Source of the DNA: the human T2T-CHM13v2.0 reference genome, Homo sapiens
Reading direction: 5' to 3' (one strand)
NCBI RefSeq assembly: GCF_009914755.1
Contig: NC_060926.1
DNA length: 64,000 nucleotides
The notes beneath the pieces were generated by a model, which searched no databases, was not told the DNA's origin, and saw nothing but the letters and a program-made list of their open reading frames with translations. Position 1 is the stretch's first letter, and every line of letters starts with the position of its first letter. Below are positions 26,896-39,783 of the stretch, one piece after another. A program made the translations under genes and the position numbers.

Positions 26896-27416
26896 GACCG
26901 TCTCTAACTCTGACCACCGGGCACCTCCCTGCCTGCCCTGCCTCCCAGGCACCTTGCTTTGACTCTCTCCCTCCCAATCCATATACACACAGCATGTGTG
27001 CTAGGGCTCCCGGGGAGCCAGGAGCAGCCAGGAAAGCCTTTGTCCACTTCTATAACAGGTCCCGGCTCTTCTCCATGCTGGGACCTTCAAGTCGGCTGCT
27101 CCAACCACCTGGAATGCTTCTTCCTCCCAGCTGCTCTTGCTTCAGCTCCTCATTCAGATGTCACTTCCTTCACCTTCCCGGTGCAATCCCTCTGGAATCC
27201 TCACCCATCACATCCTGAACTTAGCCTCCATAGCACTGTCTCCAGTCAGCTCAATGACTTGTTTGCAGTCTGTTCCATCTCTCCCACTGGATTGACAACC
27301 CCCTGAGGGCAAGGACCCGAGCTGTCTGCTTTCTGCCCTATCCCCAGCCCCAAGCTCCATGCCTGGCCTATAGCAGATGCTCAAAAATGCTTGAATCAGT
27401 GTTGAATAAATGAATG
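26790..27416 (+). mobile_element. L2 3' fragment
   Basis: cagatgtcacttcct...ctgagggcaaggac...tgcctggcctatagcagatgctca...gttgaataaatgaatg. Confidence 0.7.
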
Positions 27417-27656
27417 GCCAAGCGCATCTGGCTTACAGGCAGCCTCTGGGGAAAGCAAAAGTTGCATCTGGGGATGAAACCCTCACTTGTCTGGACCCAG
27501 GACTCCTGGGATGTGGTCCCAGCACTGAAACTCACTTCTAGTGTGACCTTGGGCAAGTCACACTGAGGACGCCCCCTCTGGTCTTCAGTGTGCTGTTTTG
27601 AAATACACGGGGTGGATAAATCAGGGCTATAGTGGGGCTTGAAGAAATATATGACA

Positions 27657-28412
27657 TTGTGTATGTTTGCACAGTGGCTGTGTGTCTGTGTGTGTCAGTG
27701 TGTGTGTGAGACTGTGTGTAAGCGTGTGTGTATGCATGTATGCGTGAGCATGGGTATGAGTGTGTGAGCATAAGTATGAGTGTGTATGTGTGTGAGCATG
27801 TGTGTGAACTGTGTGTATGAGTGTATGTATGAGTGTGAGTGTGGGAGTGTATGTGTGTATGTGTGTGTATGTGAGTGAGCATGTGAGCATATGTGTGAGT
27901 GTATGTGTGTGTTTGTGAGTGTGTGAGCGTGTCTGTGTGTATGAGTGTGTGTGAGCATGTCTGTGTGTGTGTGTGTATGTGTTGTGTGAGCATGTCTATG
28001 AGTGTCTTGTGTGAGTGTGAATGTGTCTGTATGTGTGTGAGTGTGTCTGTGTGTATGAGTGTGAGTGTGTGAGCATGTCTGTGTGTGAGTGTATGAGTGT
28101 GTTGTGTGTGAGCGTGTATGAGTGTGTGAGTGTGTCTTTGTGTATGAGTGTGAGTGTGTGAGCATGTCTGTGTGTGAGTGTATGAGTGTGTGTTGTGTGT
28201 GAGCATGTCTGTGTGTGTATGAATGTCTTGTGTGAGTGTGTGAGTGCACCTGTGTGTATAAGTGTGTGTGTGCATGTGTGTATGAGCATGTCTGTGTGTG
28301 TGAGTGTATGAGTGTGTGTTGTGTGTGAGCAAGTCTGTGTGTATGAGTGTGTCTTGTGTGAGTGTGTGTGTGCCTGTGTGTATGAGTGTATGTGTGTGTC
28401 TGTGTGTGTGTG
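27657..28412. repeat. Complex (TG)-rich tandem repeat, ~750 bp
   Basis: TG runs punctuated by recurring gagcatgtct, gtatgagt and gtcttgtg subunits. Confidence 0.95.
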
Positions 28413-30579
28413 CACCTTCTCCCTAGCAAGAGCACCCATAGGTTACATCAGATTCTCAAAGGGATCTGTGTCCTCAAAAGGCTCAGAAGCACTAAGATCC
28501 TTTTCAGCTCTGGGGTCTCTGATTCTACATAACAAGAAAGAGAGGAAGAGGAGGTCATCCAACCCATGGGGGAGGGAGTCAGACCAGATCCTAGAACTTC
28601 CAAAAGGGTTGCAGGCCCCACAACAGGAATGCAGGGGAGGCTGCAGGACCAGGCCCCAGGAGAACGTCTAACCTCAGTAGTTCTCCGGGCTGAAAGAAGC
28701 AGAGCCCAGAAGAGCTGACTGCAGAAACGGAAGAGGCAACAGCAGCCAGGAGTCTCCTCCCCACTGCTCCCGCCCCATCCACAAGCACCCACTTGTCCTG
28801 GGATACAGCAGAGAGCAAGGAGGCACGACTGGCACCCGGAGATGCCCGCCAGGCCCCTTGGCACCCAGAAGGCTTGGCTGGAGGACTCAGGAGGGTGCCA
28901 AGCCCCAACCTCTTGCTCCTGAGGCTGACATGTGGGACCATAGGAGGGCTCAGGGTGTAGGGCAGTTGTGGGACCTAGAGAGGCCACCTGGGAGGGGCAG
29001 GGCCCACAGCTGCAGGCACTGACAACCCAGAGCTGGACTTGGAGGCTTAAGAGCCAAGGCATGCACCCTCTCAAAGCCAAGGGGAGGAGCAGGAGCCAAA
29101 TGCTGGCCAGGGGAGAAAGAGGAGTGGGCAATGGGGCCTGGGGGACAAGGCAGTCCAGGAGAAGGAGGAGGACAGCCTGCTTGTGGAGGAGGAGGCAGCA
29201 TGACAGGGGAAGGGGGCGATGTGGCCTGGGTAGGAGAGGGCTGTGCTGAGGGGACAGGAGAATAGCGAGGCTGGGTGTGGACACAGGCAGCAGGAGCTCA
29301 GGCTGTGGTCAAAGAGAGATGCTGGGCCTACGGCAGGGCCTGGGGCAGGAATGGGGGGTGTGTCTGCAGCAGGACTGGCAGTGGGTGCGCCCTGGCAGGC
29401 AGCCCAGATGTCTGGGTAGCCACTGACTCTTGGCTTTTGAGGGGATCAGCACCCAGGAGATGTTTATCTGCCCCAAGAACGAGGGTATCACCCCTCCTCT
29501 AGTGAGGCCCCAGGTGATGGGTGCAGGCTGCTCTTCCCTAAACCCCTGAAGGGGGGAGCCCCGAGCAGCAGCAACCCTCACTGGAGCCAGAGTCAGGGCA
29601 CAGCAGCTGGGATGGAGCTTGATCCCCACAGACAGAGGAGGGAGGGAGTCACAGGCGAGCTCCAGGCTCTCTCCAGAGGCCGCTTAGAAACCAGCTCATC
29701 TGATGCAGACACTCGTCCCCATCCCTCTCCCTGCCACTGTCACACACCGGCACACACACCCTCCCCTCTTTCTCCCCTTGATCATCCACCTCCAGAGCCC
29801 CGGCTCCTCCCTCCATCACAGCCCCACTCCCTGTCCCTGTCCCTGCCCACCTTTACCTGGCCCAACAGGCACCTGCCCCATGTCAAAGCTGGCTGTGTGG
29901 GAGGTGGGGAGGCAGGGACACAGGGTGAAGAAAGAAGACCCACCAACAGCGAGTCCTGAGGTCACAGGGACCTAGAGAGGAGTTACCCATCCCTGGTGAC
30001 CCCAAACACCTCCTCCTACTCTCCCAGGAAGAAACCAGCACCACACCTATCCCAGGCCTGATGGTTCCCTGGCAGACTCCTCCAGAGCAGACACCTGCCT
30101 CCCAGCTCAGACCTGTCCCCACTGCCAGGTCAGCTCCCCACTTGCTAGTCTCTGAGACTTACCCAGCACAGAGAAGGCAGGGGTGAGAGGCCAGCCTGTC
30201 CCCACCATCCTGGGGAAGTCCTTGCTCCAGTGGGGCCCCCACCCTCCTAACTCCAGAGTCCTCCTAAATGAAGGGACACTGCCAGAGCTGCCCCTTGGTC
30301 CAGCTCGAGGAAGATTAACTCTTTCCCTACCTTGCCCCAGCACTCCAGGCCTGCCCCTCCTGGGTGACTCCTAAACCAACCTCACCCAACCTATTTGCCC
30401 TTCTAGGGGTCAGGTCCTATATCACCCTCCTCCCAAGGGCACAAGAGACCCAGGGGAGCCCTCTACCCAACTGGAGGCCCCTTCACCCGGTCGTGGTCCT
30501 TCCTCCCCCTTGGTCCACCTGCCTTGCCGCACTTCCCAAGCAGACTAGCACCGTCCTGGGCTGGCTACTTAACCTGTGT

Positions 30580-31000
30580 CAGGTGCCCTGGGCTCTGCCA
30601 ACCGCCAGCTCCCGACTCGGGGCGTCGTCCCTCACCCATTCCCGCAGCCCCTACCTGAAGCGGTAGCTGCCTTCTCTCTGCACAGGCCAAACCCCCGGAC
30701 TCCCAGCACTCAGCCCGCGCCGAGACCCAGGGACTCCCCGGGGGCTGGGGACCGCAGAGTGGTCCGGGCCGCAGCTCTTCGCAGCACACCAGGCTCACAG
30801 TGCAGCCCATCCGGCCTGGCGCCCCGGCGGGCAGGGGCGGAGACGCGGGAGCCCCAGAAGCCGGCCCGCCCCCAGCCCTTGCGACAGCTCAGCCCAGAGC
30901 GCCTGCGACATTGGCAGGCGAGCAGCAACGACCCCAGCCTGGCCCCGACAGAGTCCCTGCCTTTATGTCCAGCAGCGACAGGAGCCCCCACTGTGGGGCC
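30580..31000. promoter_or_regulatory. CpG-rich distal TNS1 promoter, probably divergent
   Basis: CpG-dense with GC boxes (ggggcgg ~30834, cccgcccc ~30865) just upstream of the MGCTVS ATG. Confidence 0.7.
30655..30810 (-). CDS. TNS1: Tensin-1 distal first coding exon (MGCTVSLVCCEELRPGPLCGPQPPGSPWVSARAECWESGGLACAERRQLPLQ, 52 codons)
   Basis: ATG at 30810 (+4 G), 156 nt open, ending in CAG|GTAGGG (phase-0 donor at 30654). Resembles the recalled mouse Tns1 N-terminus MGCTVSLVCCEALEP...CGPQPPG...LLLQ. CpG-rich context. Confidence 0.82.
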
Positions 31001-31745
31001 TGATAAGGGTCTGCAATACAGGTCCCGAACACAGCCAGTGAGGAAGCCCACCTCAGGGAGGGGAGAAGGGAGGGCGGCAGTGGTGGAGTCCTTGGGACAG
31101 GGACTTCAGACAGTCTGACTTGGGGGGCAAGGTGAGAAACACACCAAGAACGTGACAGAGGGACAGGGAGAAGATAAAGGCAGACAATGAGGAAGAGGCA
31201 GAGATGAGGGACAGAGATGGGGGAAGCAGCCTCCGCATGGGGGATATAGGTGCAGGACGGAGCCGAGGATAGAAACCCTCGGGCATCCGTTGTGCTGGTT
31301 TTTAGATGCGGTTCCTGGGGTTTGTGAAAACAGCCGTCCTCCCAGGCCCCTGCTCCACTTCCCTAATACTAGCCCCTGGAGCAGCCGAGCCTGGAGAAAC
31401 GAGGACCCGGCATGGAAAGACCCCAGGCTCAAGGAGGCAGAGCACAGCCAGGGTGGGGGACCCCAGCCCACCGGGGAAACCCGCCCGGCCCATTGCTGCG
31501 CACAGGATCTCACTGGTGGTCTCACATCCATCCTTTTGGGAATGGGATCAGGCCTGGGGGGTCGGCACTGATGACCAGCACTCAGGGGGACCGCCTCAGC
31601 TGACTGAGGTGGAGACAGGAAGGAGGAGCGTGGTGGGGCCCTCGACCTCCCCTCCCCACTCTGGAGCGCTGCCTCACAGCCCAACCAAGCGACACGGAAG
31701 AGACAACCACAGGAATAGCAGCTGCGGAGCTCCATGGCCTCCCTG

Positions 31746-31759
31746 TGCCCCCTGGTGGC
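31746..31759 (-). promoter_or_regulatory. CTCF core motif
   Basis: TGCCCCCTGGTGGC reads GCCACCAGGGGGCA on the minus strand, a near-consensus CTCF core. Confidence 0.6.
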
Positions 31760-31779
31760 GAGAAGGAAGAAAAGCAAGA

Positions 31780-32229
31780 GCAGGTGCTGAAAACGAAAAG
31801 GAAACTAGCAGCAGTCCCAGCTACCACAATGGATCAGCCCCCATTTGGCCAACAGGTGACTCTACCCCAGGTGGGCCTGAGAGGACCCATCCCCCATCTC
31901 ACCATTCTGCCCCAGCGCCCTGGATCCTGCCTCTACCACTTCTTCCCTGCGCAGTCACTAGGGACGGACTCTGGCAGCAGAGCCGCGCTGTCGTGCCCCA
32001 GCCAGCCAGGCTCTCCTGGGTGAGTAGCAGGGAGACCCCTGGAACTTACGGGGATAGAAGGAGTGTGATGCCAGGAGCCAGGGGAGGAAAATGCCTGGCA
32101 GAGACGAGGGAGAGGAGGAGACACATGGAGCCGTTCATGGATTTCACACAGGATCTGGGCTGGAAGGGGCTGCCGAGACCATCAGTCCAATCTTTGGTCT
32201 ACAGGTGGGGAAACTGAGGCTCAAGGAAG
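31780..32229 (+). other. RUFY4: Candidate first non-coding exon of a long plus-strand (RUFY4-associated) transcript
   Basis: Strong AAG|GTGAGT donor at 32229/32230 (within a MIR) about 1 kb from the TNS1 distal promoter. The RUFY4 assignment rests on recalled locus order; no RUFY4 coding sequence is in the window and the start is uncertain. Confidence 0.4.
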
Positions 32230-32310
32230 GTGAGTGATTTGCCCGAGATCACACAGTGAGTGTGTAGCCAGGCCAGGATGGAGACCCAGGTCTCTGGGCT
32301 CCTGACCCCG
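32150..32310 (-). mobile_element. MIR (supplies the plus-strand donor at 32229)
   Basis: acaggtggggaaactgaggctcaaggaaggtgagtgatttgcccgagatcacacag. Confidence 0.75.
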
Positions 32311-32859
32311 TCCTCCCTGAATCCCATGCCCCAGCCACCTCCCTCATTTACCTCCGTTTCCCTCTCCCCTTCCCTCCACTGTGTCCCACTGCTGTACCAC
32401 TGCCACGCCACCCCAAACTCCAGCAGCCACAGCCCGGGAGGCAGGACACCTGGGTTTTCCGCTCCATGCCTGGTCTTGACTCTAGGATCTCAGAATAAGG
32501 CCACCTGCTCTCAGGGCCACAGTGTCCCCGTCTGGGCCCCAGGATCCATTGGGAGGAGAAGAGGATGAGATCCCCCAGGAGAGAGGCAGTATTAAAACCA
32601 GGCACCCTGCTCCCCCCACACACGCAGCATCTGCTCAGCTCCAGCCTTGGGGCCGCGCTTTACTTCTGCAACCTCTCCTCAAAGAACACACATTTCCATT
32701 CAGCTGGGGCCCAGGAAAAGATGAGTGGGTGTCTCGAGGAGGATGAGTACCCGGGTGAGGCTGGGGGCCCTCCATGGGGAACATGGGGACACTCCCAGCC
32801 TAGTGTCCACATGGCATGAACCCTCACGGGGCTGCTCACACCAAGTCAGGGCCCAGAAC

Positions 32860-33040
32860 ACAGGCCCTGTGGGCACACACACCTGAGTTCAAATCCTGGG
32901 AACCTCTGTGATGCTGGATAAAAGACTTACCCTCTCTGTGCCCCAGGTTCCCCTCTAGCCTCCCAGGGTTATGTGGGGATTGAATGGGACAAAGATATTA
33001 AACAATTAGCACAGTGTCGTCGCCCAGGGACTGCTCAATC
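32860..33040 (+). mobile_element. MIR
   Basis: acctgagttcaaatcctgg...ctctctgtgcccc...gtggggattgaatggga...ttagcacagtg. Confidence 0.65.
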
Positions 33041-33229
33041 GGTGGAGGCCACACCATCATCTTCACACCCTGGCCTACAAAATAGAGCTGGGATTTTCCC
33101 TTGCTGTGTGGCCAGATATAAGTCTTTCCCTCTCTGGACTTTACACAAAGGAGGCTCTGCATCCTCCTTTGTGTAAGGAGAGAGTTGGGCAGTGAGACTC
33201 AGGGTTCTTCCTGGGCTCACAGTCCAAGT

Positions 33230-35200
<1,971 letters not shown>

Positions 35201-35444
35201 GCATCAGAGACATAGACAGAGCTGAGTTTGCTTTTGCAAAGTGCTCCATCAGTAAAAATGCACAGTTTTGGGTGATTCATGGTGAATCTGTTTTCATTTT
35301 AATCATTACATATTCATTTTAAATTAAATTAACAAAAGTGAATTGATTTAAAGAATATTACACTTCAGCAGACATGGCCAAAATGTGAAAGGTGGTTTAG
35401 AGATGATGGAAGTTTGGAAGACCCCAAATTAGATGATCATGTTA

Positions 35445-35910
35445 TCAGTGAAGAGTGCCCTCAGCGGCTAGTAACAAAAATCTGACTCCCAGTGGCTTAA
35501 AAACATAGCGGGTGAGGGGTTTTTGGTGGTATTATTTTACACATAACATTTGCTAATGTTGGTTGGGGGCTCAGTAACTTCCAAGGCTGACTACCCTCTT
35601 TCCGATTCATTTGCCCTTTTCCTCATGGCCCCATGATGGTTGCTGCAGCTCTAGCAGTCACAAGCAAAAGGAAAGAAAAGGGAGAGAGGGTGCCAAGCAG
35701 TGTCTTTCTTTCTCTTTGGTAGGAAAAGCGAGGGCTTTCCCAGAGCTTGCAGCAGTCTTCTCCTTGACCTTCATTAGCAAAAATCATATCCTTGGCCACC
35801 ACTAGGTGTAAAGAAGTCTGGGAGAGTGGGCAATCGGTTGCATAACTGGTTTAGACCATCCTCATCCAATGGAGGTTCTATCGGTGAGTAAGGAAGGGGC
35901 ATCACAGCAA
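35445..35910 (-). mobile_element. Old ERVL LTR (LTR33-like)
   Basis: agtaacaaaaatctgactcccagtggcttaaa...atggttgctgcagctctagc...gctttcccagagc pattern. Confidence 0.55.
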
Positions 35911-36599
35911 GATAAACCAACATCGGTAAAAGCAAACTGAGAGTGGCTACTGTCTCTTTAAACTTCCTGTCACTATTTATACATGAAAAGAGAACCCAGC
36001 AGGAGAGTATGATCTACCTTTAAAAATAGGCTTGCCAGTGGCAGAATTGTAGGCATCTGTGGCATGATAAATTTGACATTTGTGGTAGGGCAAGATTTAC
36101 ACTACCATTAGAGGATGGTTGGGAAGGAACAATGGCAGGCAGACCAGGTGGGCTGTGTGTTCGGGCATACCTGTGGTATGAGTGTGTGACCAAAAGCAAT
36201 AGACAATGAATTGTGGTGGTGACACATGGTCCATGAATCACAGTAGAAATGTCTCCCATTATTTATTTCCACAACCGTTGATTGAGCACTTACTATAGTC
36301 CCTGAAAGAGAACACAAAGATGAATGGAAGAGGATTCTTGCTCACAGGCTGGGGGAGGGTGGACTTGTAAACACATCACTGCAGTATAGTAGGGTTCATG
36401 TTATAATGGAGAATTGATGAAGGTGCCAGAAGACTCAAGCCAGGGAACAGACATTAGCTGCTGGGGGAAGCTAAGGCAGGTTCCCAGAGAAGCCGTTCTC
36501 CATTACTGAGATGGGGGGAGCAGTGACCTTGACCCCAGCTCTTCCATTCATGGACTGCCCCAGCTCTATGGTCTCTCTGCTAACCATCCAGACTCTGGG

Positions 36600-37700
36600 A
36601 GTGGCCTATGCCCCCAGCCTCAGAGCCATTTAAATCAACTGGTCATTGGCACTGGTTGTGCAAAAGAGTAGCTAGCAGCAAAGGAGCGTTCATTTTCCCA
36701 TCAAATCCCCACCAGACTACCTCAAAGCAGCCTGAAAAGTAAGTAAAGATTGTGTGCCTGTTGTCCAAACGCAGCTCAAGTGCAGTCTTCCACCTCCTTC
36801 CCACTGGATTGCCCCCAATTTGCTCCTAGAGAGGACTCCTTCTGAAGTCTCTGCTGTAAAGTCAAATCCTTCCCCCTTTATTCTTATCAGACAGTTGCAA
36901 GCTTTCACAGGTGATCTACCAGGGAATTTAGGAATAAACAAATGGAAATAAATTCAAGAAAAGGAAAAGAATAAAAGTGATCATCCATAGAGTGGAAAAT
37001 TCAGATAATGGATCCTCAACCCCAGCTTCACACCTGGGACCCCCGCTTGGTCATATGGACCCTGGCAGTCTCTAATCACAAGTCTGTGATCCCTTGACTT
37101 AACTGTTCTTCTCCAGATGTAGACATGGTTGGGACTCAGAAGGGAGGTGTCGTCTGACTTGGTTTCCCTATTTCACCTTACTCATCAAGTGCCCTCTAAC
37201 TGTTAAGTCACTCTGATCTCTGAGCTGTGGCTCCTACGGTTGGACACACCTGGCTGGGGCCTCAGGAAGGAAGCCACCTTTGCTTGCTAGGATTTTCTTT
37301 GGGGTAGGACAGCTTGGCTTGACTTTATTTTAGAAAACGTGTTCATTTCTGTGGGACCTGAGGATTTCTGATAAACTGGTTGCCCTCCTCCTGCCTTATG
37401 ACCATGTACTAAACTCTGACTTCATACCTGGAGGCAGGTGAAGAGGAGGCCACAGCCTCTTCCTCCCCTCTTTTTATACCTTGCCCTTTTGTGGGAAGAG
37501 GCTGACAGTTTTCCAATTTGATGTTTATTGCTTTGCCCTAAGATTTTGTCTTTGGTGAAAATGCAAATACTGGTAGGGACGGAACATACTAAAATGTGTG
37601 TATCTGAGTGGACTTATCATAGATCCTCAGGTCTGGCAGCAAATAAAAGGTGGACGACTCTGTCCCTCGATTTGCAGATGAGAAGACTGAAATCTATAGG
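36600..37700 (+). pseudogene. Truncated CXCR1-like promoter + exon 1 + intron start (exon ~37179-37265)
   Basis: tactcatcaagtgccctctaactgttaagtcactctgatctctgagctgtggctcctacggttggacacacctggctggggcctcag closely matches the recalled CXCR1 non-coding exon 1. It is followed by GAAGG instead of GT, and no GPCR ORF follows. Outer boundaries are estimates. Confidence 0.7.
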
Positions 37701-37761
37701 GGTACGAGACCCCACTCAAGGTCACGAGACTTATTAATGGTAGAATCAGGATAGAATGAGA

Positions 37762-37877
37762 ACTAGATGCTGGATGTCCTTACTAGATGCTGGATGTCCT
37801 TACAACCAATCTGAATAGCTTTCCAAAGTCTTTCAGATGGTTCTCTAGAGATGGTTCTCTAGAGAACCATCTGAAAG
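37762..37877. repeat. 20-bp tandem duplication next to an interrupted palindrome
   Basis: (actagatgctggatgtcctt)x2 at 37762-37801; ctttcagatggttctctaga-gatggttctctaga-gaaccatctgaaag at 37830-37877. Confidence 0.9.
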
Positions 37878-38089
37878 GACGTTTACACTTCCTTTCTTTG
37901 TACAAGTTTTGTTTTCCCTGGAATTGATGATAGGATGTTCCATGTACTTATCATGACATCAGTCCCAATGTCTCCCTCAATACATTCACATTCATTGGAT
38001 AATCTATTAATTTTTCTTTCTCAAAGACCTCTTTCTTGGAGCTCCTCATTGTCTTCTTCCAACCTGGACAGTGACTCTCCATGCCTACT

Positions 38090-38281
38090 CTTCCCCAAAT
38101 TGCTTTGGCTATATTTCTAGATAAATTTTAGACACTGCTTATCAATTTCTGTATAATGTCTAACTAGGATTTGGATTTGGATTGTATAGAATCTGTAGAT
38201 CAAGTTGGAGAAAATTGACATCTTAACAGTATTGCGTCTCCCAGTCCATGAGCATAGTATCTTTCTCCATATATTTAGGTC
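38090..38281 (-). mobile_element. L1 ORF2 fragment (old L1M)
   Basis: Translates as WRKILCSWTGRRNTVKMSIFSNLIYRFYTIQI, homologous to L1 ORF2 [32 protein letters not shown]. Confidence 0.8.
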
Positions 38282-39783
38282 TGAGACATAATAAAATTTT
38301 AAAGAGTTTATTTGAGCAAACAACAGCTCATGAACTGGGCAGTTCCAAACCAGAAGCAGTTCAGGAGCTCCACTGAGGGAATGCAAGAGAGAGGCTTTTA
38401 TAGGTTGGACACAGAAGTACAGCCAAAAAAAAAAAAAATGATTGGTTACAATTATACAGCTGCTTTATTTGGTCTATCCTGTTGGGAAGTCCCTATTATA
38501 TAAGTTTGTTGGCTACTTCTGAATGATTGAGGTAAGTTTTGTTTTTCTTTAATATAGGCATTTACAAGAAATAGCTTAAGTTTCACTTATGTTTTCAAAT
38601 CAAGCAAGCTTGAGGTAATTTGTAAGTCCTGCCTGGTTTTGTCTTCTCAGGGATTCCTGAGGCCTGATCTCAATTTTAATTTACTTTAACAATTTTCCCT
38701 TTTTGGTCATCCTTTCAGCAAGCTAAGAGTATGAGCAAGCAGTATAGCGTTATTCTCAGTTACTGCTACTGATGTAGTCACTGGAACAAAGAGTCCTGTA
38801 GATGCCATCATCATTAACAGCTACCCTGGGATGTAAAATCACATAGTCAGCACTATCCAAAATTGCATAGTCTTTGTAGGCTTGAGTAGTTGGGCTGTTG
38901 ACTTATCCAAATTGTCTAATCCTTGATGGCAATCATTTGATGAGTGAGTGGCTGGTGGGAACCACCACATGAGAGACTACAACACACTTGGGATATAAAG
39001 GCAACGACAATCAGGAGAATAATATCCAAGGGCTGAAAAATTCCCTGGAGCAAAGTTTCCAGAATTTCATCAACTAAATAAATCAATAAAGGAGGTAGTG
39101 CCTGATTAAAAAGAAAACTTGTATTAGTTTCTTAAGATCTTTAATTTTGGGGCAACTATTTCTGATTTGTTAACATAGAAACACCATTTCTTACCAATAT
39201 GAGCCTAAGTTTTTCTTGTTAAGTTACAAGCTTGAAGAGAACTCAGGGTATGTATCTATGAAAACAAAAGAAAAACAGAAGTTAATATTTCGAGCAAAGT
39301 ATGGTCTTAGTTTTTTAGTCCAGAGGCTAGTTAGTTGAGATTTCTAGATTTGAGTTTAAAGCATCTTCAGAAGATGAAATGAGGATGGCAGCTGCAGTCT
39401 GATGGATTTACCTCATTTGTAGCTTGAATGTCTCTGGTTATGTTGTTGGGTGTTCTGGTAAACTCTCCAAGTGATCCCCATAGCAGCAAGCATGAAAGTT
39501 GTTCATACATGATCTGTTGTAGTGATTTTTCTGAAGTTAAATCATCCAGCTTCAGCTTGAAGGGCTCGGGAAAGGGGCAGTTTTAATTTTTAGTGAAACC
39601 AGGAAAAATCAAGACTCAATCCAGTTTATAGGGAGATAAAACTTCAAAAAAAAATGAACAGGACCAGAATTTGATAATGAGTGTGTTACAGTTTTCTACT
39701 GAAATACAATCTTTATTATAGTCACTCCTATTTTTACCAAAAATAATCACAATTATTTTGTTTCTACAAAATAAATCTAGTTT

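Noticed and set aside
27538-28439. His/Thr-rich ORFs of 87-264 aa
   Set aside because: Translation of the CA/TG repeat, which lacks stops by composition.
28448-29284. 278-aa minus-strand ORF
   Set aside because: Non-ATG start, low-complexity Leu/Pro/Ser content, no motifs or clear exon structure.
31306-32217. 303-aa plus-strand ORF, the longest in the track
   Set aside because: No recognisable domain, GC-rich promoter-proximal DNA, ends in a MIR, and does not match RUFY4 as I recall it.
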